From positions 310,001-374,000 of the forward strand of contig NIVC01000094.1 of assembly GCA_002269645.1 (NCBI GenBank): a DNA stretch of 64,000 nucleotides, in the 5' to 3' direction. Positions 30,771 to 46,289 of the stretch are shown here, one piece after another. The notes under the pieces were generated by a model. That model saw only the letters and a program-made list of their open reading frames with translations, searched no databases and had not been told where the DNA came from. The position numbers and the translations under genes are program-made. Within the stretch, counting starts at the first letter, position 1. Each line of letters begins with the position of its first letter. The stretch comes from Macrostomum lignano. Lineage: Eukaryota.

Positions 30771-31716
30771 TCTCAGAGATGCTTGAGCGACGTGAATTTT
30801 TACGTCTCATAAAAAAGATTTGCCCACCGAAGTCAGACCAAGACGGCAGCTTTCTGTTCCTCCAACGGCGCCCTGCATCGACCGCAGCCTGGCCGGCCTC
30901 CGGGTCCCCGGGTAATCAGCCGGCTGGTAATTAGCGATCAGCATAATCAATGGCCGGAAATCCCTAGAGGTAAATGGAAGAATCCTAGAGAAGTGTGAGA
31001 GAGCAGCCTCACAGATTGTGTCCCAGAATCTTCTAGGAGTTGTCTTTAAAGAAATTGTTAATTCATTGGTGAGTTTCTACTGTCAGGTTAAGGAATCGTG
31101 CGCCCCGGGTGGTTTGAATTGACTGTGGCCTGCAAATGCAGATTAAATCTGTGCCCGTGTTGGCACGCACCCAGCATGACAGTGGCCAGAGCCACGGTCT
31201 GTGTGGGTGGATTGTTGTAGAATTACCGCTGTAATCCTGCAGTCGCTTAATTGATAGCTCTGTGTGTTCTGTCTGCACTCTTCCTGTGCCGGTGTTTGGC
31301 CCCTGATAGTGCGGTGAATAAATATTAATTTTGCTGCCCTTGCTGCCCGTTACTCAGATATAGAGAGGCTGATGAAGCTTGTTGTAAAGTGAAGGAGGTT
31401 GATAGAAAGCCGTACGACTTTAGGAAGTCGCTGAACTCCTAGAAGATGAACTTTGGGATCCCCGATCGGTGGTGATTACTCTCGGAACGCCCCCTTTCAG
31501 GCTCTTGATGAAAGTCGCCATGTTGCTGACGAAAGAGCTCAATCTAAAACTCTGTCCACGGGTTACTTCGGCCACTTGGACGGACACGGTCAGCACTGTC
31601 GTCTTGTAGGACGAAGAACCCAGGGTGAACCGGCAACCGTCAACTCTGAGACTTGTGCCAGGAGCTTTGCAGTTGCCTCGGCCAGTTCGTCCTGGGAGAC
31701 CATGACAGTCAGCACC

Positions 31717-31935
31717 TGACAGACACATCACAGACACGTCAGAGACACGGACACATGACAGACACGGGGGTTGAGACACAGACAGATGACAGATACGTGG
31801 GTACAGACACAGACACATGACAGACACGTGAGTACAGACACAGACACTGACAGTCACAGAGGAACAGACACAAACAGAAGGCAGAGACACAGGGGTGCGG
31901 ACACAGGGGTGCGGACACAGGCAGACTGACACAGA
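31717..31935. repeat. Degenerate GACAGACAC-type simple repeat
   Basis: Recurrent CAGACAC/GACAC motif. Confidence 0.7.
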
Positions 31936-32554
31936 GGGTCAGATTGATGGCTGGAGAGAAACACGGAAGGTCAAGCGAGGACAGATCCCCTGGCGCAGTC
32001 CTTTCTCAGCCGCGCATTCAGATCAGCGCTGGAACTTTATGGCTAGGGGGACGACGTCCTCGTCTTGAACGGTCCAAGGAAGGAGGCAGCGGGAGGTCTC
32101 TTGGAGGTGGGGTTGAGGCATCGTTGCCCCTTTTGGCTGAAAATAGGCCGTATTTAATATTGCATGAGCTTCGGCTCCGTCCGCTGCTTCTCTGCAGTAT
32201 CGGCCGGGATAAAAAGTTGCGGAATCAGACTGCCCTGCCTTGGGCTCACGTGAACAGTTGGGGACGATCGGCGGCTGCGCTTTACGGCTGGCGAGCCCCG
32301 TTTATTGAATATTCATACTCTGAGCCATGAGATGGGGCTCGCAGCTGCTGCGTATCACGGTGAAAAGTGTTAAGCGGGTGTGTTTTGTATAAACAGCGAT
32401 ACATCATCTGACCAGCTGACCAAATTTCCCGTGTCACAGATGCCTGACCTGACAAGGGAGCTGCGGATTCTGGGGTCGCGACCTTAGCGGACTGTGCTTT
32501 GTTTTGGGCTTCTGTTGTGACTGCGATCGGGGTGCAGTCGATCAAGAAAGTCTG

Positions 32555-32880
<326 letters not shown>

Positions 32881-33387
32881 GCACTGTATTGGTTCATCAC
32901 TTTGCCCCCAATATCCGGCCTCAATAACATGCATAACAACAAAGTTACGCCGCCACGTGCCGCAGACCGCAGGGCACTGATGGGCAGCTCCAGTAGGGGA
33001 AGAGCAGCTCAATCAATCATGCACTCTGGGGCGGAGGCTTCCAGCCCAACCTAGTGGAGCACGATAAATAAGGGTAGGGAGGCAGCATCCGCCTCATCAG
33101 GTATTAATCTCTGTCCCAGACTCTCACTGAGAAGCCAAAATCTCCTTCCAATTTATCCTCTGCCCAGCCGGTCAAATTGGAATCGGCATTCCCGAGTCCC
33201 ACTCTCAGATCCTCAGATTTGTTAGGCGCTTGGCGCGCAATATTGGCGCGGCCCCGCGGCTCAGACCGGCTCTTTAGCCGACCCCAATCTCGTTTCTCTG
33301 GCTAATCAAATTTTCGTATGAAATTATAAGAAAAAGAGAGAGATGGACACACAGATGGCAAATGGGTGTATAGAGGATCTGCGTTTG

Positions 33388-33940
33388 TCTGTGAGATCAT
33401 GAGTTTATCTGTGAGTTCATGAGTTTATCTGTGAGTTCATGAGGTTATCCGTGAGTTCATGAGTTTATCTGTGAGTTCATGAGTTTATCCGTGAGTTCAT
33501 GAGTTTATCCGTGAGTTCATGAGTTTATCTGTGAGTTCATGAGTTTATCTGTGAGTTCATGAATTTATCTGTGAGTTCATGAGTTTATCTGTGAGTTCAT
33601 GAGTTTATCTGTGAGTTCATGAGTTTATCTGTGAGTTCATGAGTTTATCTATGAGTTCATGAGTTTATCCGTGAGTTCATGAGTTTATCCGTGAGTTCAT
33701 GAGTTTATCTGTGAGTTCATGAGTTTATCTGTGAGTTCATGAGTTTATCTGTGAGTTCATGAATTTATCTGTGAGTTCATGAATTTATCTGTGAGTTCAT
33801 GAATATATCTGTGAGTTCATGAGTTTATTTGTGAGTTCATGAGTTTATCTATGAGTTCATGAGTTTATCTATGAGTTCATGAGTTTATCTGTGAGTTCAT
33901 GTGTTCATCTGTGAGTTCATGAATTTATTTGTGAGTTTAT
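33388..33940. repeat. 20-bp minisatellite (about 27 copies)
   Basis: Unit GTGAGTTCATGAGTTTATCT. Confidence 0.96.
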
Positions 33941-34207
33941 GTGTGAATCCCAGGACGGTATGCAGAACCAGTTTAACGATTTATGCAAGCCCTAAATCCT
34001 GGATAATCGTGCTCCTCTCTTCAAAGCTTTTCTGAAACCCAACAATAATTCGAATTTTTAATAAGCCTCGACTATGCCAAATAATTTTCCTGGCCCAGCA
34101 GGCGAACCCGTGTCCCAGAAATTTGTTCTCCATTTACTGACTTTTCGCCATTTCTAGGGATTTATTTCGAAAAATTTCTGCCCAAGCTGGTTTGGCTGAT
34201 CATTTTT

Positions 34208-34792
<585 letters not shown>

Positions 34793-35327
34793 CAGCCCCT
34801 GCCCTCAATTAGCACTCTGCTCAGCAAGAGTTCGAATAGTCATAACTGCCCGAACCTGAGATGAAAAAGCATCCCGCCCAGGCTCGGTGCTGGCCCGGGT
34901 CGCCAAGATCTAATCTTAATTTTTCGCGAACGATTGGGTTGCCATGCCAGCCAGCTGCGGCCCTGTCCCAATATTTGCCCGCAGGAGCAGCGGTTTTTAT
35001 TTGGCCAGGAGCAGTTCGGGAGGATGCAGAACTGGCGCAGCCTCTGAGCCCCGGGCTGCTCAGCCGTGCAGCAACTTATTCTCAAATTATAGTGGAGCTC
35101 AAGAATGACTCAAGAGAGAAAGAGTTGCCCATCTCGGGGATCAAGACGATTTGTACTTATATTACTGAGAACTGTGGGATTTAGGATCAGAGCCGGTTGG
35201 CAGGGGGGGGGGGCTAAGCTCGCGCGAGCCGGGCGGCTGAGCAAGAGAATGTTTTTTAATTGACTGGGCATCTCTGGTGCCGAGCGGCTGCTGCACGGGA
35301 CGGAGTGCGCATGCTGGGTGGAATGAA

Positions 35328-35645
35328 ATAGAGTTGAGTAGGATAGAATAGAGTCAAGTAGAGTAGAGAGTAGAGTAGGATGAGTAGTTAGAGTTAGTTA
35401 GAGTAGAGTAGAGTAGAATAGAGAGTATAGTACAGAGTAGAGTATAGAGAGTAGAGTAGAGAGTAGAGAGTAGAGAGTAGAGAGTAGAGTAGACAGTAGA
35501 GTAGAGAATAGGTAGAGTAAGGCAGAATATTAATCAACTTGGATAGATAAATAACATCGAACAGTCAAAGCATTGCCAAATAGAATAGAATACTAGAATA
35601 GAATAGAATAAAAAGGAATAGAATATTACACAGTGTAGAGAATAC
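35328..35645. repeat. Degenerate (AGAGT)/(AGAAT) pentanucleotide repeat
   Basis: Purine-rich recurrent pentamer. Confidence 0.8.
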
Positions 35646-36281
35646 AGTGTAACTTTGAGCAGGCTAAAAAGCGACCATTCGATTAAAAAGCAGCTCACAG
35701 AAAGTGAGGATTTCGCGTGGACCCCGGCTGGAACAAACGGGCGCATTTTTGGGAAAACATCCGCTCTCCCATGAGCGACCGCTGCCCCCCCCCTGTGGGT
35801 CAGAGCTCACCCCGAGGCTCTGGCCTTGAGGCCGTCCTCTGCACTGCGATTCCGCGGATGGTCGGGGCTCAGAACGGCACTTTTATATCTGGGGGGGAGA
35901 GGGAGAGAGAGAGATTACTGATAGAATGGGAATAGAAACACGGGAGAAAAATGCATTATGCCCATCGATATATGAGGAATTTCGCAGCTTGGCTCCGGGT
36001 TAAAAACAGCACTATGTGTAGAGCAGTGCGACTCTCTTATCGATTGGCTGAAACCTCTGCTTCGGAACTCACTGATGGATCGATAACAGCTTTTGGTCAG
36101 CGGCTGGGGGCGGCATCACCGAGGGGGTCACACAGAGAGACTCAGCAGTCTCCATCGTGACGTTTGAATTCTGAGCTAGAAAAAGTTTTTAAAAGCCTGC
36201 ATTATGACCGGCTGTTCAGATCCGACTGCCGGGAGCGCTGCTTCCAGGTTGCCATTGGCGGGGGGCTACAAAATCGTTCTG

Positions 36282-37632
36282 GGTTCTGACACTTTATTCT
36301 GACACCAGATCCTGACACCAGATTCTGACACTAGATCCTGACACTAGATCCTGACATTAGATTCCGACACTAGATCCTGACACCAGATTCCGACACTAGA
36401 TCCTGACATTAGATTCCGACACTAGATCCTGACACTAGATTCCGACACTAGGTTCTGACACTAGATCCTGACACTAGATCCTGACACTAGATCCTGACAT
36501 TAGATTCCGACACTAGATCCTAAAATTAGATTCCGACACTAGATCCTGACACTAGATCGTGACACTAGATCCTGACACTAGATCGTGACACTAGATCCTG
36601 ACACTAGATTCTGACACCAGATTCTGAAACTAGATTCTGACACACTAGCTACCCGATCTGACACACTAGCTCCCCGATTTGACACACTAGCTCCCCGATC
36701 TGACACACTAGCTACACCCGATCTGACACACTTGCTACACCCGATCTGACATGCTAGCTACACCCGATCTGACACACGAGCTACCCGACCTGACACACTA
36801 GTTCCCCGATTTGACACACTAGCTTCCCGATCTGACACACTTGCTACACCCGATCTGACACGCTAGCTACACCCGATCTGACACACTAGCTACACCCGAT
36901 CTGACACACTAGCTCCCCGATTTGACACGCTAGCTACACCCGATCTGACACACTAGCTACACCCGATCTGACACACTAGCTACACCCGATCTGACACACT
37001 AGCTACACCCGATCTGACACACTAGCTACACCCGATCTGACACACTAGCTACACCCGATCTGACACACTAGCTACACCCGATCTGACACACTAGCTACAC
37101 CCGATCTGACATGCTAGCTACACCCGATCTGACACACTAGCTACACCCGATCTGACACACTAGCTACACCCGATCTGACACACTAGCTACACCCGATCTG
37201 ACACACTAGCTACACCCGATCTGACACACTAGCTACACCCGATCTGACACACTAGCTACACCCGATCTGACACACTAGCTACACCCGATCTGACACACTA
37301 GCTACACCCGATCTGACATGCTAGCTACACCCGATCTGACACACTAGCTACACCCGATCTGACACACTAGCTCCCCGATTTGACACACTAGCTACACCCG
37401 ATCTGACACACTAGCTCCCCAATTTGACACACTAGCTTCACCCGATCTGACACACTAGCTACACCCGATCTGACACACTAGCTCCCCGATTTGACACACT
37501 AGCTACACCCGATCTGACACACTAGCTCCCCGATCTGACACACTAGCTCCCCGATCTGACACACTAGCTACACCCGATCTGACACACTAGCTACACCCGA
37601 TCTGACACACTAGCTCCCCGATCTGACACTAG
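36282..37632. repeat. Compound minisatellite: 13-bp unit (about 36282-36635) followed by 21-23-bp unit (about 36636-37632)
   Basis: GACACTAGATCCT, then GACACACTAGCTACACCCGATCT. Confidence 0.95.
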
Positions 37633-39617
37633 TCGAGGCAGCAATTCCACAAACAAAGCAACTCCAAGGCTCTCGAAGCCCGCAGAGCCCAACCAAAAGT
37701 CGGCCATAAATTCTGCTGTCCAGAAGCTCTGCCAGGCGCACGAAATCGTCAATAAAAAACCAACCCCCCTGTCCCCCTCTCCCAGTCCTGATATATCGAT
37801 CCGGCCGGATTGTCACCAGGAAGGCAGGAAGGAGCCGTCCGTGTGTCAGAGAGCCCGCATGAGCTCGCATTGAGCACTGCTGAGCTGCTATCTGTGAAGC
37901 AGCCCTGGCCCCAGCTGCCTCGCCTGCAAAGCAGCTTGATTGACACTGCCTCATCCTGAAAGAAACGAATAACCAAGAAAAAAACGAGAAACCCCGAAAG
38001 CTTTTCTCGTTGCTTCAATCTGTTGCATGCTTAGACAATTGCATCAGTTTTGTACTTTTACTATCCTATCGCTCACATGGGACAAGAAAATACAGTATCT
38101 GAATTGAAACCGAAAATGTCTGACACAGGGTATTGACAGCTTCCCTAGCGACTTCCTAATCCTCAGGCAGAGTACATGCTCTGAGTGATCAAAGTTGATA
38201 AGACGGAAAGCAGAAATTATCAAAATAATCGTTAAAACAAAAAATCTGCCTATTCGCAAGTTCCAGGGGTGACTGCTCTTGCGACGCAGAATTATTTACA
38301 GTTACAGTTTCAGGAAAAATAGCAACATTTTAACAAATCATCATATTCTGGAAAAGCTTTCTGGACAGGGCACAGGATAGACTGGTTCGCTAATCTATAG
38401 AAGCAGGGAAACGGCAGAGCTGGCCAGGGGATTAGAGAGTGAGAGAGGGAGAGGCCCGCGTCGCACTCAAGTTAATCAGGGCTTTTGCGGCCTTGTGAAA
38501 AATTCTAAAATTACTTTGCAGTGAGTGAGCGCGGCCCCCCCCCCCCCCCGGACTTAATCTCCTCACCCAGCAGTCGATACTGCTGGCTGGCCAAAATTTT
38601 CTGCAACGGAAAAGGGAGAAACCTGGATCACTGGGAGAGCTCTACGCAGGAGAGAGGAGAGAGAGAGGAGAAGACAGCCCCCCTCAGGCCTCCAATCAGT
38701 GCGGCGCCGAGTCAATAGTTCTCCATTTTCTTTATTGACAGCGCTCCACCCCGATTCTCCACAACAGGAGCCGCAGAGAGGGGAGGCCTTGGGGAGAGCC
38801 TTGGAGCTACCTGTCCTCGCATCAGCTCCTGGAGACGATGGGGATCTACCTGGCGCCCAGGGAGTGCACCCGCTGAAATTCGACTCTTATCAGTGAGCCG
38901 CGCGTCCCCCGGGGCAGGCGTTGCACTTTTCGGCTAAGAAATTAAATTCCCAGCCTCACGGCTTCACCTTCTCTCACTTCTTTTGCTATTGTAAATTCTA
39001 TGATGGCGCACCTACGGCGGGAGGTGAGGCACTTGAATCTCTGCTCTGCCACCTCCCATCCCTGTCGCCACCCACCCGCCGCTTGCATCCATCGCTTCAC
39101 TCGCCCAGCTTCCCGTGACGGCCTCGACATGCAATTACAGAATCTCTTTTGCTACAATTCTCCCACCGTCTCACTGCTCAACCCCTTCTCTCTCTCTCTC
39201 TCTCTCTCACTTCCCTCAACCCCCTCCCGGAACTGCGAAACTCTCCGACGCGATCCCCTAGTAGCAGAAGAGCCCCAAAGCTCGTCATCTTTCCGGGAAA
39301 GAAGGGCATGGGCTGGGCTGGCCGGGAAGCTGGGGGGTTTTTCTTCATCCGGGGGAGCCGAGAGCCGCCCTGAGCCCGCCGGGGGGAGTGAAACGGCGAC
39401 GAGTTTCAAGAGGCTTCCCTTAAAGTGCAGTCGGGCCAGGGGCTCCGCAGAGTGGTGGAGAAGGGCGAGACGGCACAGAGACTGCGGGCTGGGAAATCCT
39501 AGAGAATTCCTGGGCATGAGGCGGCTCCCCTTTCTGCTTTGATTCTGGTTGTGGAGTCCCAGTGGAAAAAAAATCGACCAGCTGGGCTGGGATGCGGCAG
39601 GGAAGCTGGGAGCTGGG

Positions 39618-40877
39618 CTAGTGCTTCAACGTGTGCCACTTGGTCACCTGCTGGCGCGGCTTGTTCAGCATCTCAGTCCAGTGCTTCGACTCCTCTGTGG
39701 AAGACCGGGTGCCCAGCCGGATCCGGCCGATGGTGTCGGAGCCGATGAAGTCCTTGTCCTTGACCACCATCTCGATGTGGTACTCGTGGATCTTCTCGGC
39801 GCTGACGCTGAACGCGAAGGTTTCATTCCACTGCGGGTTGAGGTTCTTGTAGATGATGCTGCCCTTCTTTTTCTCGCACTCTTTGTTGCTTTTGTTGTGC
39901 ACCAGCTTGATGACGCAATAGGGATCGGAGGTCCGTCCGAGGTCCATGGCTTTGAGGTCCCTGGCCTTGAGGGCGGCAATTTCCAGCTGGGTGGTCTGCG
40001 GATTGTAGCACAGACCCACCATGACGTCACCGACATAGCCGCGGGTCTTCTTGTTGGGCTGCAGCTGGCGCCACAGGGTGAATGAGCGCTTCTTCTGGTC
40101 CTCGTCGTAGAGGAACACCAGCGGGAACAGCACGTCTCCGATCGCGTCGTCCCGGCTGAATCGGTCGTAGTCGTACACCTGGATGAAGAGCGTCCGGTCC
40201 AGCAGCCGCTCGCCGGGAAATTCCTCGAATACAAACACCTCGTTCCATTTCGGGTTGAGCTTGCGCATTTTGATCTTGGTCCGCACCTTGTTGCCCTTGT
40301 CTGGCAGGATGCTGATCTTGCAGTACGGATCCGAGGTGCCCATCGGGAAGTCCATGGCCGGCAGCTGCTGCGCCTGACAGATCTTGATGGTCAGGTGCCG
40401 GCTGGTCCATTCGTAGCTAACGCTGAAGTTGATCCTGCCGAGGTTCTGGTCCGGGCCCTCGTCGTAGACTTCGTCCTGCTGGCCGCCTCCGTCGCGCTCG
40501 GAGCTGTCGGAGCCGCCCGTGGCGCCGATGATGCCGCTTTTGGCCACGAAGCTGGAGAACAGGCTCGTCTCCTGCTGCTCCTGCTGCTGCTGCTGCTGAT
40601 GGCGGAAATGGTTGCGGCTGCCTATAGGGCCGTTGCCATGACGACCGGGAGAAGCCGTGGCTGTCCCGCCCTGCGACGCTGCCGCCGCGGTCGATGGGCC
40701 GCCGCCGGCCGAGCTGCTCTCGCCAGTCAGGGTCGACACTAGAAAGTCGGCGAAGCCCTTGCCGCCGAGGTTCATGGCAGGGCGGTGCTGGCTGAGGGCT
40801 GTGGGAGAGCTGGGGTACTCAGACTGGCTGCGTGAGTCTCCCGCTGCATCCGGCCTTTTTACCTCCTCGCCCTTCAT
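39618..40877 (-). CDS. SYT7: Synaptotagmin-7-like tandem C2 domain protein (about 419 aa from the first ATG), single coding exon seen
   Basis: C2A (NLGRINFSVSY...AMDFPMGTSDPY...LNPKWNEVF...YDYDRFSRDDAIG) closely follows Syt7, and C2B has acidic Ca-ligand residues. A candidate acceptor AG lies at 40894-40895. No TM segment is present in this exon. Confidence 0.85.
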   Translation of the reverse strand: MKGEEVKRPDAAGDSRSQSEYPSSPTALSQHRPAMNLGGKGFADFLVSTLTGESSSAGGGPSTAAAASQGGTATASPGRHGNGPIGSRNHFRHQQQQQQEQQETSLFSSFVAKSGIIGATGGSDSSERDGGGQQDEVYDEGPDQNLGRINFSVSYEWTSRHLTIKICQAQQLPAMDFPMGTSDPYCKISILPDKGNKVRTKIKMRKLNPKWNEVFVFEEFPGERLLDRTLFIQVYDYDRFSRDDAIGDVLFPLVFLYDEDQKKRSFTLWRQLQPNKKTRGYVGDVMVGLCYNPQTTQLEIAALKARDLKAMDLGRTSDPYCVIKLVHNKSNKECEKKKGSIIYKNLNPQWNETFAFSVSAEKIHEYHIEMVVKDKDFIGSDTIGRIRLGTRSSTEESKHWTEMLNKPRQQVTKWHTLKH

Positions 40878-41424
40878 TCTCACTCTCGCACAGCTGCAGG
40901 GTTCTGTAACGATTGGCTGAGGCCGAGGGGGCAAGGGGGGGGGGGCGCGCAGCCCCGACCGCAGGCCGCCCTCCCCTCAGCTCCCTTTCGCCCCCTCCAG
41001 CCCCAGGCTGAGCGACGCCTCAAAAAAGGGGGGAATTCAAAGAAACTCCCGCCGGCAAGTCGGGCATTGAAATTCTTCAACAAAGCCAATCAGGATAGTA
41101 GGATAAAAGTTGAAGAATGCACTGCTGCATTCTCATTGTGAGTGACTTCCCAGCCACTGTTTTCCATTCCATTCTGGCGGGCCGCCCCTGCCTTGCCTGA
41201 CTGACAGGCGGCAGGAAAAACAACGGAAACGCAGAAGCCTGATGGGACTCGCAGCGAGCTTTTGGGCAACACGTGTTTTTGCAGCTTTGTCCACTTTGAG
41301 TGGCGAATGAAAGAGCATAGACTGAGGCTGATTAGGGCGGCCCAAAGGCCTCGCAGCAATGAGGCACTGACAGAAAATGTAAACAGAATTTGCTCACGCA
41401 AGGTAAATATAGAAAAATAACCTT

Positions 41425-41842
<418 letters not shown>

Positions 41843-42467
41843 ACAGAGGCAGGGATCAATGCTGCCGTGCTCATTTCCCCAATAACTCCTGGCATCAGCA
41901 GGCAAAATTCAATCCCACCGGCCCCTGCGTCTCCAGCTAGAAATCGGCGTGCGTGATCTCAAGGGGCAAGAATTATCGCTGAAGAAAAATTGAAAGAGAA
42001 AGGGTGAGGGGAGAGCAAGAGAGTGTGCGGTAGAGCGGCAGCTGTTCCCATGGCAACGGTCAAAGAAGCGGTGGGTATTTCGGGAGCGGCGAAGGCCGGC
42101 ATTCGCCCTCCCAGTGGCCGGCTGCCCGTCCGCAGCCCAGAGCTTCCCCGGGGACTCGCGGGGCGCCACAGTCTGCGGACTCGCGCCAGCGGGCATCAGG
42201 ATTTCATTTTTCCTCCCATCTCAAAGCTGGCTTCCCATATCCCCATATCTGTGCATGAGTGCCCGCTGTCGCTAAATGAGGATTTCGGAATTGTCGACGG
42301 CTGGAATTACAGCGAGTTGGCAGCCAGCTCGCCACGGCTCCCTTGAGGGGTTGTTTGTTGCTGGGAGATGTCTCAGCGCCGTTTCGGACTTTCCCTCTGC
42401 TAGCGTTCCGGGAATTTTGTGCTACCTTCCATATACTAAAAGTGGCAGTAGTAGCCGGCGCCGTATT

Positions 42468-43072
<605 letters not shown>

Positions 43073-45329
43073 ACATTAAACAAAAAGACACTAAACACAA
43101 TTGTGGAGAATGCAAATGTAATAAGTTGAACATTCTCAGCAGTTTACTCATTAGTAGCAGTGCTGGGAAATTGAAGTAATATTATACTGGTAACCTTGGA
43201 CATGAGAATTATAAAAATATATTTGATCAGCCTCAGGAGGAGTAGCACTTGTTTAGTGCAGATTGTTTGCATCTTATGCTTTAATAAGCTTCAGCTTGGC
43301 TCTGAGGGCCTGTCGCGGACCCCCATGAGGAGGCCAATGCAACCGGCAGTCTGCCTGACACTGGCCTGGCACTCCGCTTCCTGCGGGGCCCGGCCTCTCT
43401 TACACAGGATGCTGATCTTCATTTTCAGCCAGGCAGAAAGCAGCCGGACGAAAATGCGGCCAAAAACGCAAAAGCAAAAGCCGGCCACTCAGCTCTATTG
43501 ACACGGGGTGGGCGGGCAGATGGGAATAGAGAATGCCGGGAAGAGGCGGGAGATTTTTGCCCCCCTCCCCCTGCCCAGAAGAAGAGGCTGCTTGCGCCGA
43601 GCCTAATTGGCAGTTGGGGGCCGAGACGACCAGAAAAGCGAGCGAAGGACAGAATCGGGCCGGCCACTAACTTAGTTTTCCCGGGACTCGGAGATCTGCG
43701 AAATGAAGACGGGCTGGAGGCTGGGGGGGGGCTTAAGCTGAGAGAGACAGAGAAGGACAGCAGAGCGGAACCGATGTTGCAGAATCTGCCAGAAGCGAGA
43801 GGAGGGGGGTTGGGGCAAGAAATTGAGAGATGGCAAGGAGAATCAGAGGCTGAATTGGAGCTGAGGTTCGCCACTTAGGCAGTGAGCGATCGCTGGTCCT
43901 ATCTGATCTCCCGGTCGTCCGGTTTCGCAGAAAAGTAGCGATAGATGCGGACCCACCGTGCATTCAGTTTGTACACCCATGCATGCCATCCTGCGGCACT
44001 TCGCTTCAGCATGTTTTCTTGGGGGATTTCCCTAATTTTCAGAATGGGGTCAGTCAGCTGGGAAATCAAGGCACAGCGTACAACAGGATGGTCTCGACCA
44101 CCTCTGACGGTCTGGCAGGTCCTCCGACTGCACAACCGCCCACCCCAGAATAACTAAAGGTGTCTCCGTTATAGAGCCTGGCCTATGATATATCTACCGA
44201 TATGTATCGAAATTAACTATAATTTCACTCCAACAAATTCTAATTTGCGAGACTTGAACGGAGCTTCTCTAGCGGACTTAATAGACTCATGCAATTTTGA
44301 ATCTATTCATGCAACTCATGCAACTCATCTGCTGCTGAAGAGGTTATTAAATTTCCAGAGCCCAGAACGCTCAAAATGGGAGAATAGCCTCGCTAAGAAG
44401 CTGCTCCCACAAGGCGTGAATGATTGAAGAAGACAGCAGCGGCACTGGCCTGAGCCTTCTGAGCTCAGCAAAATGTGTAACGATTATCGCCAGCTCCACT
44501 CACCAAAATTCGCTCGGTTGAGAAACGTGCGAAAAAATTGTCGAGGCGTAAAAAATTGCCGAGTGCCGGCCGGCCCATCCTCCGGGCGGACACTTTTGCT
44601 TTCGATTTCCTCTTCTAGAAGCAGCCAGAGGAGAAATGAGTGGGAATTGAACTGCGGCCAAGGACGCCTAAACCAGACAATCTGGATTGGAAACCTTACG
44701 CAGTTGATAGACAAGTTTCGAGTTGGTGTTTATGTGTTTAAAATGAGAGCAGCCTGGTGAAAACATTGTTTCAAGCAATTCAAACAATTCTTGGAGTAAA
44801 AATGACATTGCGCGATCGTCTGACTGAAACTATGGAGTCGGCACTCCATGATCCTCGTTCAAGCTCTCCATGGCCCTGCAGCCCAGTCCGAGTGGAAACT
44901 GCGGATTGAAAGCTGGAGACTCAATGGAGTGAGTGATAAGTGCGAGTGGGGAAGCTCAGAACCTTCTTTGCTTGGCTCTTTCTGCTTCTGCATAAATGAC
45001 TGAATTGCTTTTTTGTGGCAGCCGAGAGCCAAGCGGCCGGGTCGCCGCAGCATTGAAGATGAGCTGGAGACTCAGGGAGAGGCAAAAAAGTGCAGGATGG
45101 GGCCGGGGGGGGCGAGCTGCCCGACCCAGGCCGCATTAAGGATGCAATTTCAATGCAGAGAAGCCCCCCTTCAACTCGGCAGTCGGGGCATAAAAGCTGC
45201 CCTTTCCGAGTTTGTCCGAGTTGGAAAATCACAGAGCCGGGGCTCTGGGCCAGATGGGCCATTAGACCCTTTTCTTTAGACTTTGCCTGGCGCTTCTGAG
45301 GGCCTCTGCTTTTTTGAGTAACATTGTTA

Positions 45330-45866
45330 GTCAGCCAGTCTAACAGCCAGTCTAACAGCCAGTCTAACAGCCAGTCTAACAGCCAGTCTAACAGCCAGTC
45401 TAACAGCCAGTCTAACAGCCAGTCTAACAGCCAGTCTAACAGCCAGTCTAACAGCCAGTCTAACAGCCAGTCTAACAGCCAGTCTAACAGCCAGTCTAAC
45501 AGCTTAACAGCCAGTCTAACAGCCAGTCTAACAGCCAGTCTAACAGCCAGTCTAACAGCCAGTCTAACAGCTTAACAGCCAGTCTAACAGCCAGTCTAAC
45601 AGCCAGTCTAACAGCCAGTCTAACAGCCAGTCTAACAGCTTAACAGCCAATATAACAGCCAGTCTAACAGCTAGTCTAACAGCCAGTCTAACAGCCAGTC
45701 TAACAGCCAGTCTAACAGCCAGTCTAGTCTAACAGCCAGTCTAACAGCCAGTCTAGTCTAACAGCCAGTCTAACAGCTTAACAGCCAATATAACAGCCAG
45801 TCTAACAGCTAGTCTAACAGCCAGTCTAACAGCCAGTCTAACAGCTTAAAAGCCAGTCTAACAGCC
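45330..45866. repeat. 12-bp minisatellite (about 44 copies)
   Basis: Unit AGCCAGTCTAAC. Confidence 0.96.
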
Positions 45867-46289
45867 ATTTGCGAGTCATAAGACCAAGCGGTCAGTTTTA
45901 TGATTAAATAATTAAAGATCGAGTCCCACTTTCAAAGGCTGTTCACTCCACTCAGAAAAATCTATATTTACCCACAAAGCCAGTCTGTACAGTTTACAAT
46001 ATTAAGAAAATATTTTCAACAGAAAAAAATCTGGTTGGGAGTCTCTAGGACATCACAAAAAATATTCTAAACTGGCGTCACCGGCCCCCGAAAGCCGGCT
46101 GACAAAACTGATCGATTTGCACGGCCGCTTTGATCGATCGGAATTCGGTGATAGCAGGGAGAATTCAGTGGAGAACTGAGCGGCCGCCCCCCCCCCCCAG
46201 CCAGATCCCCGCCATGCGATTGCGGCTGGCTGGGAAAGAGATTGGGGAGCTTCGCTCGCGGGGGGTCGGAGGGGGCGGGTCAGCCGGGG

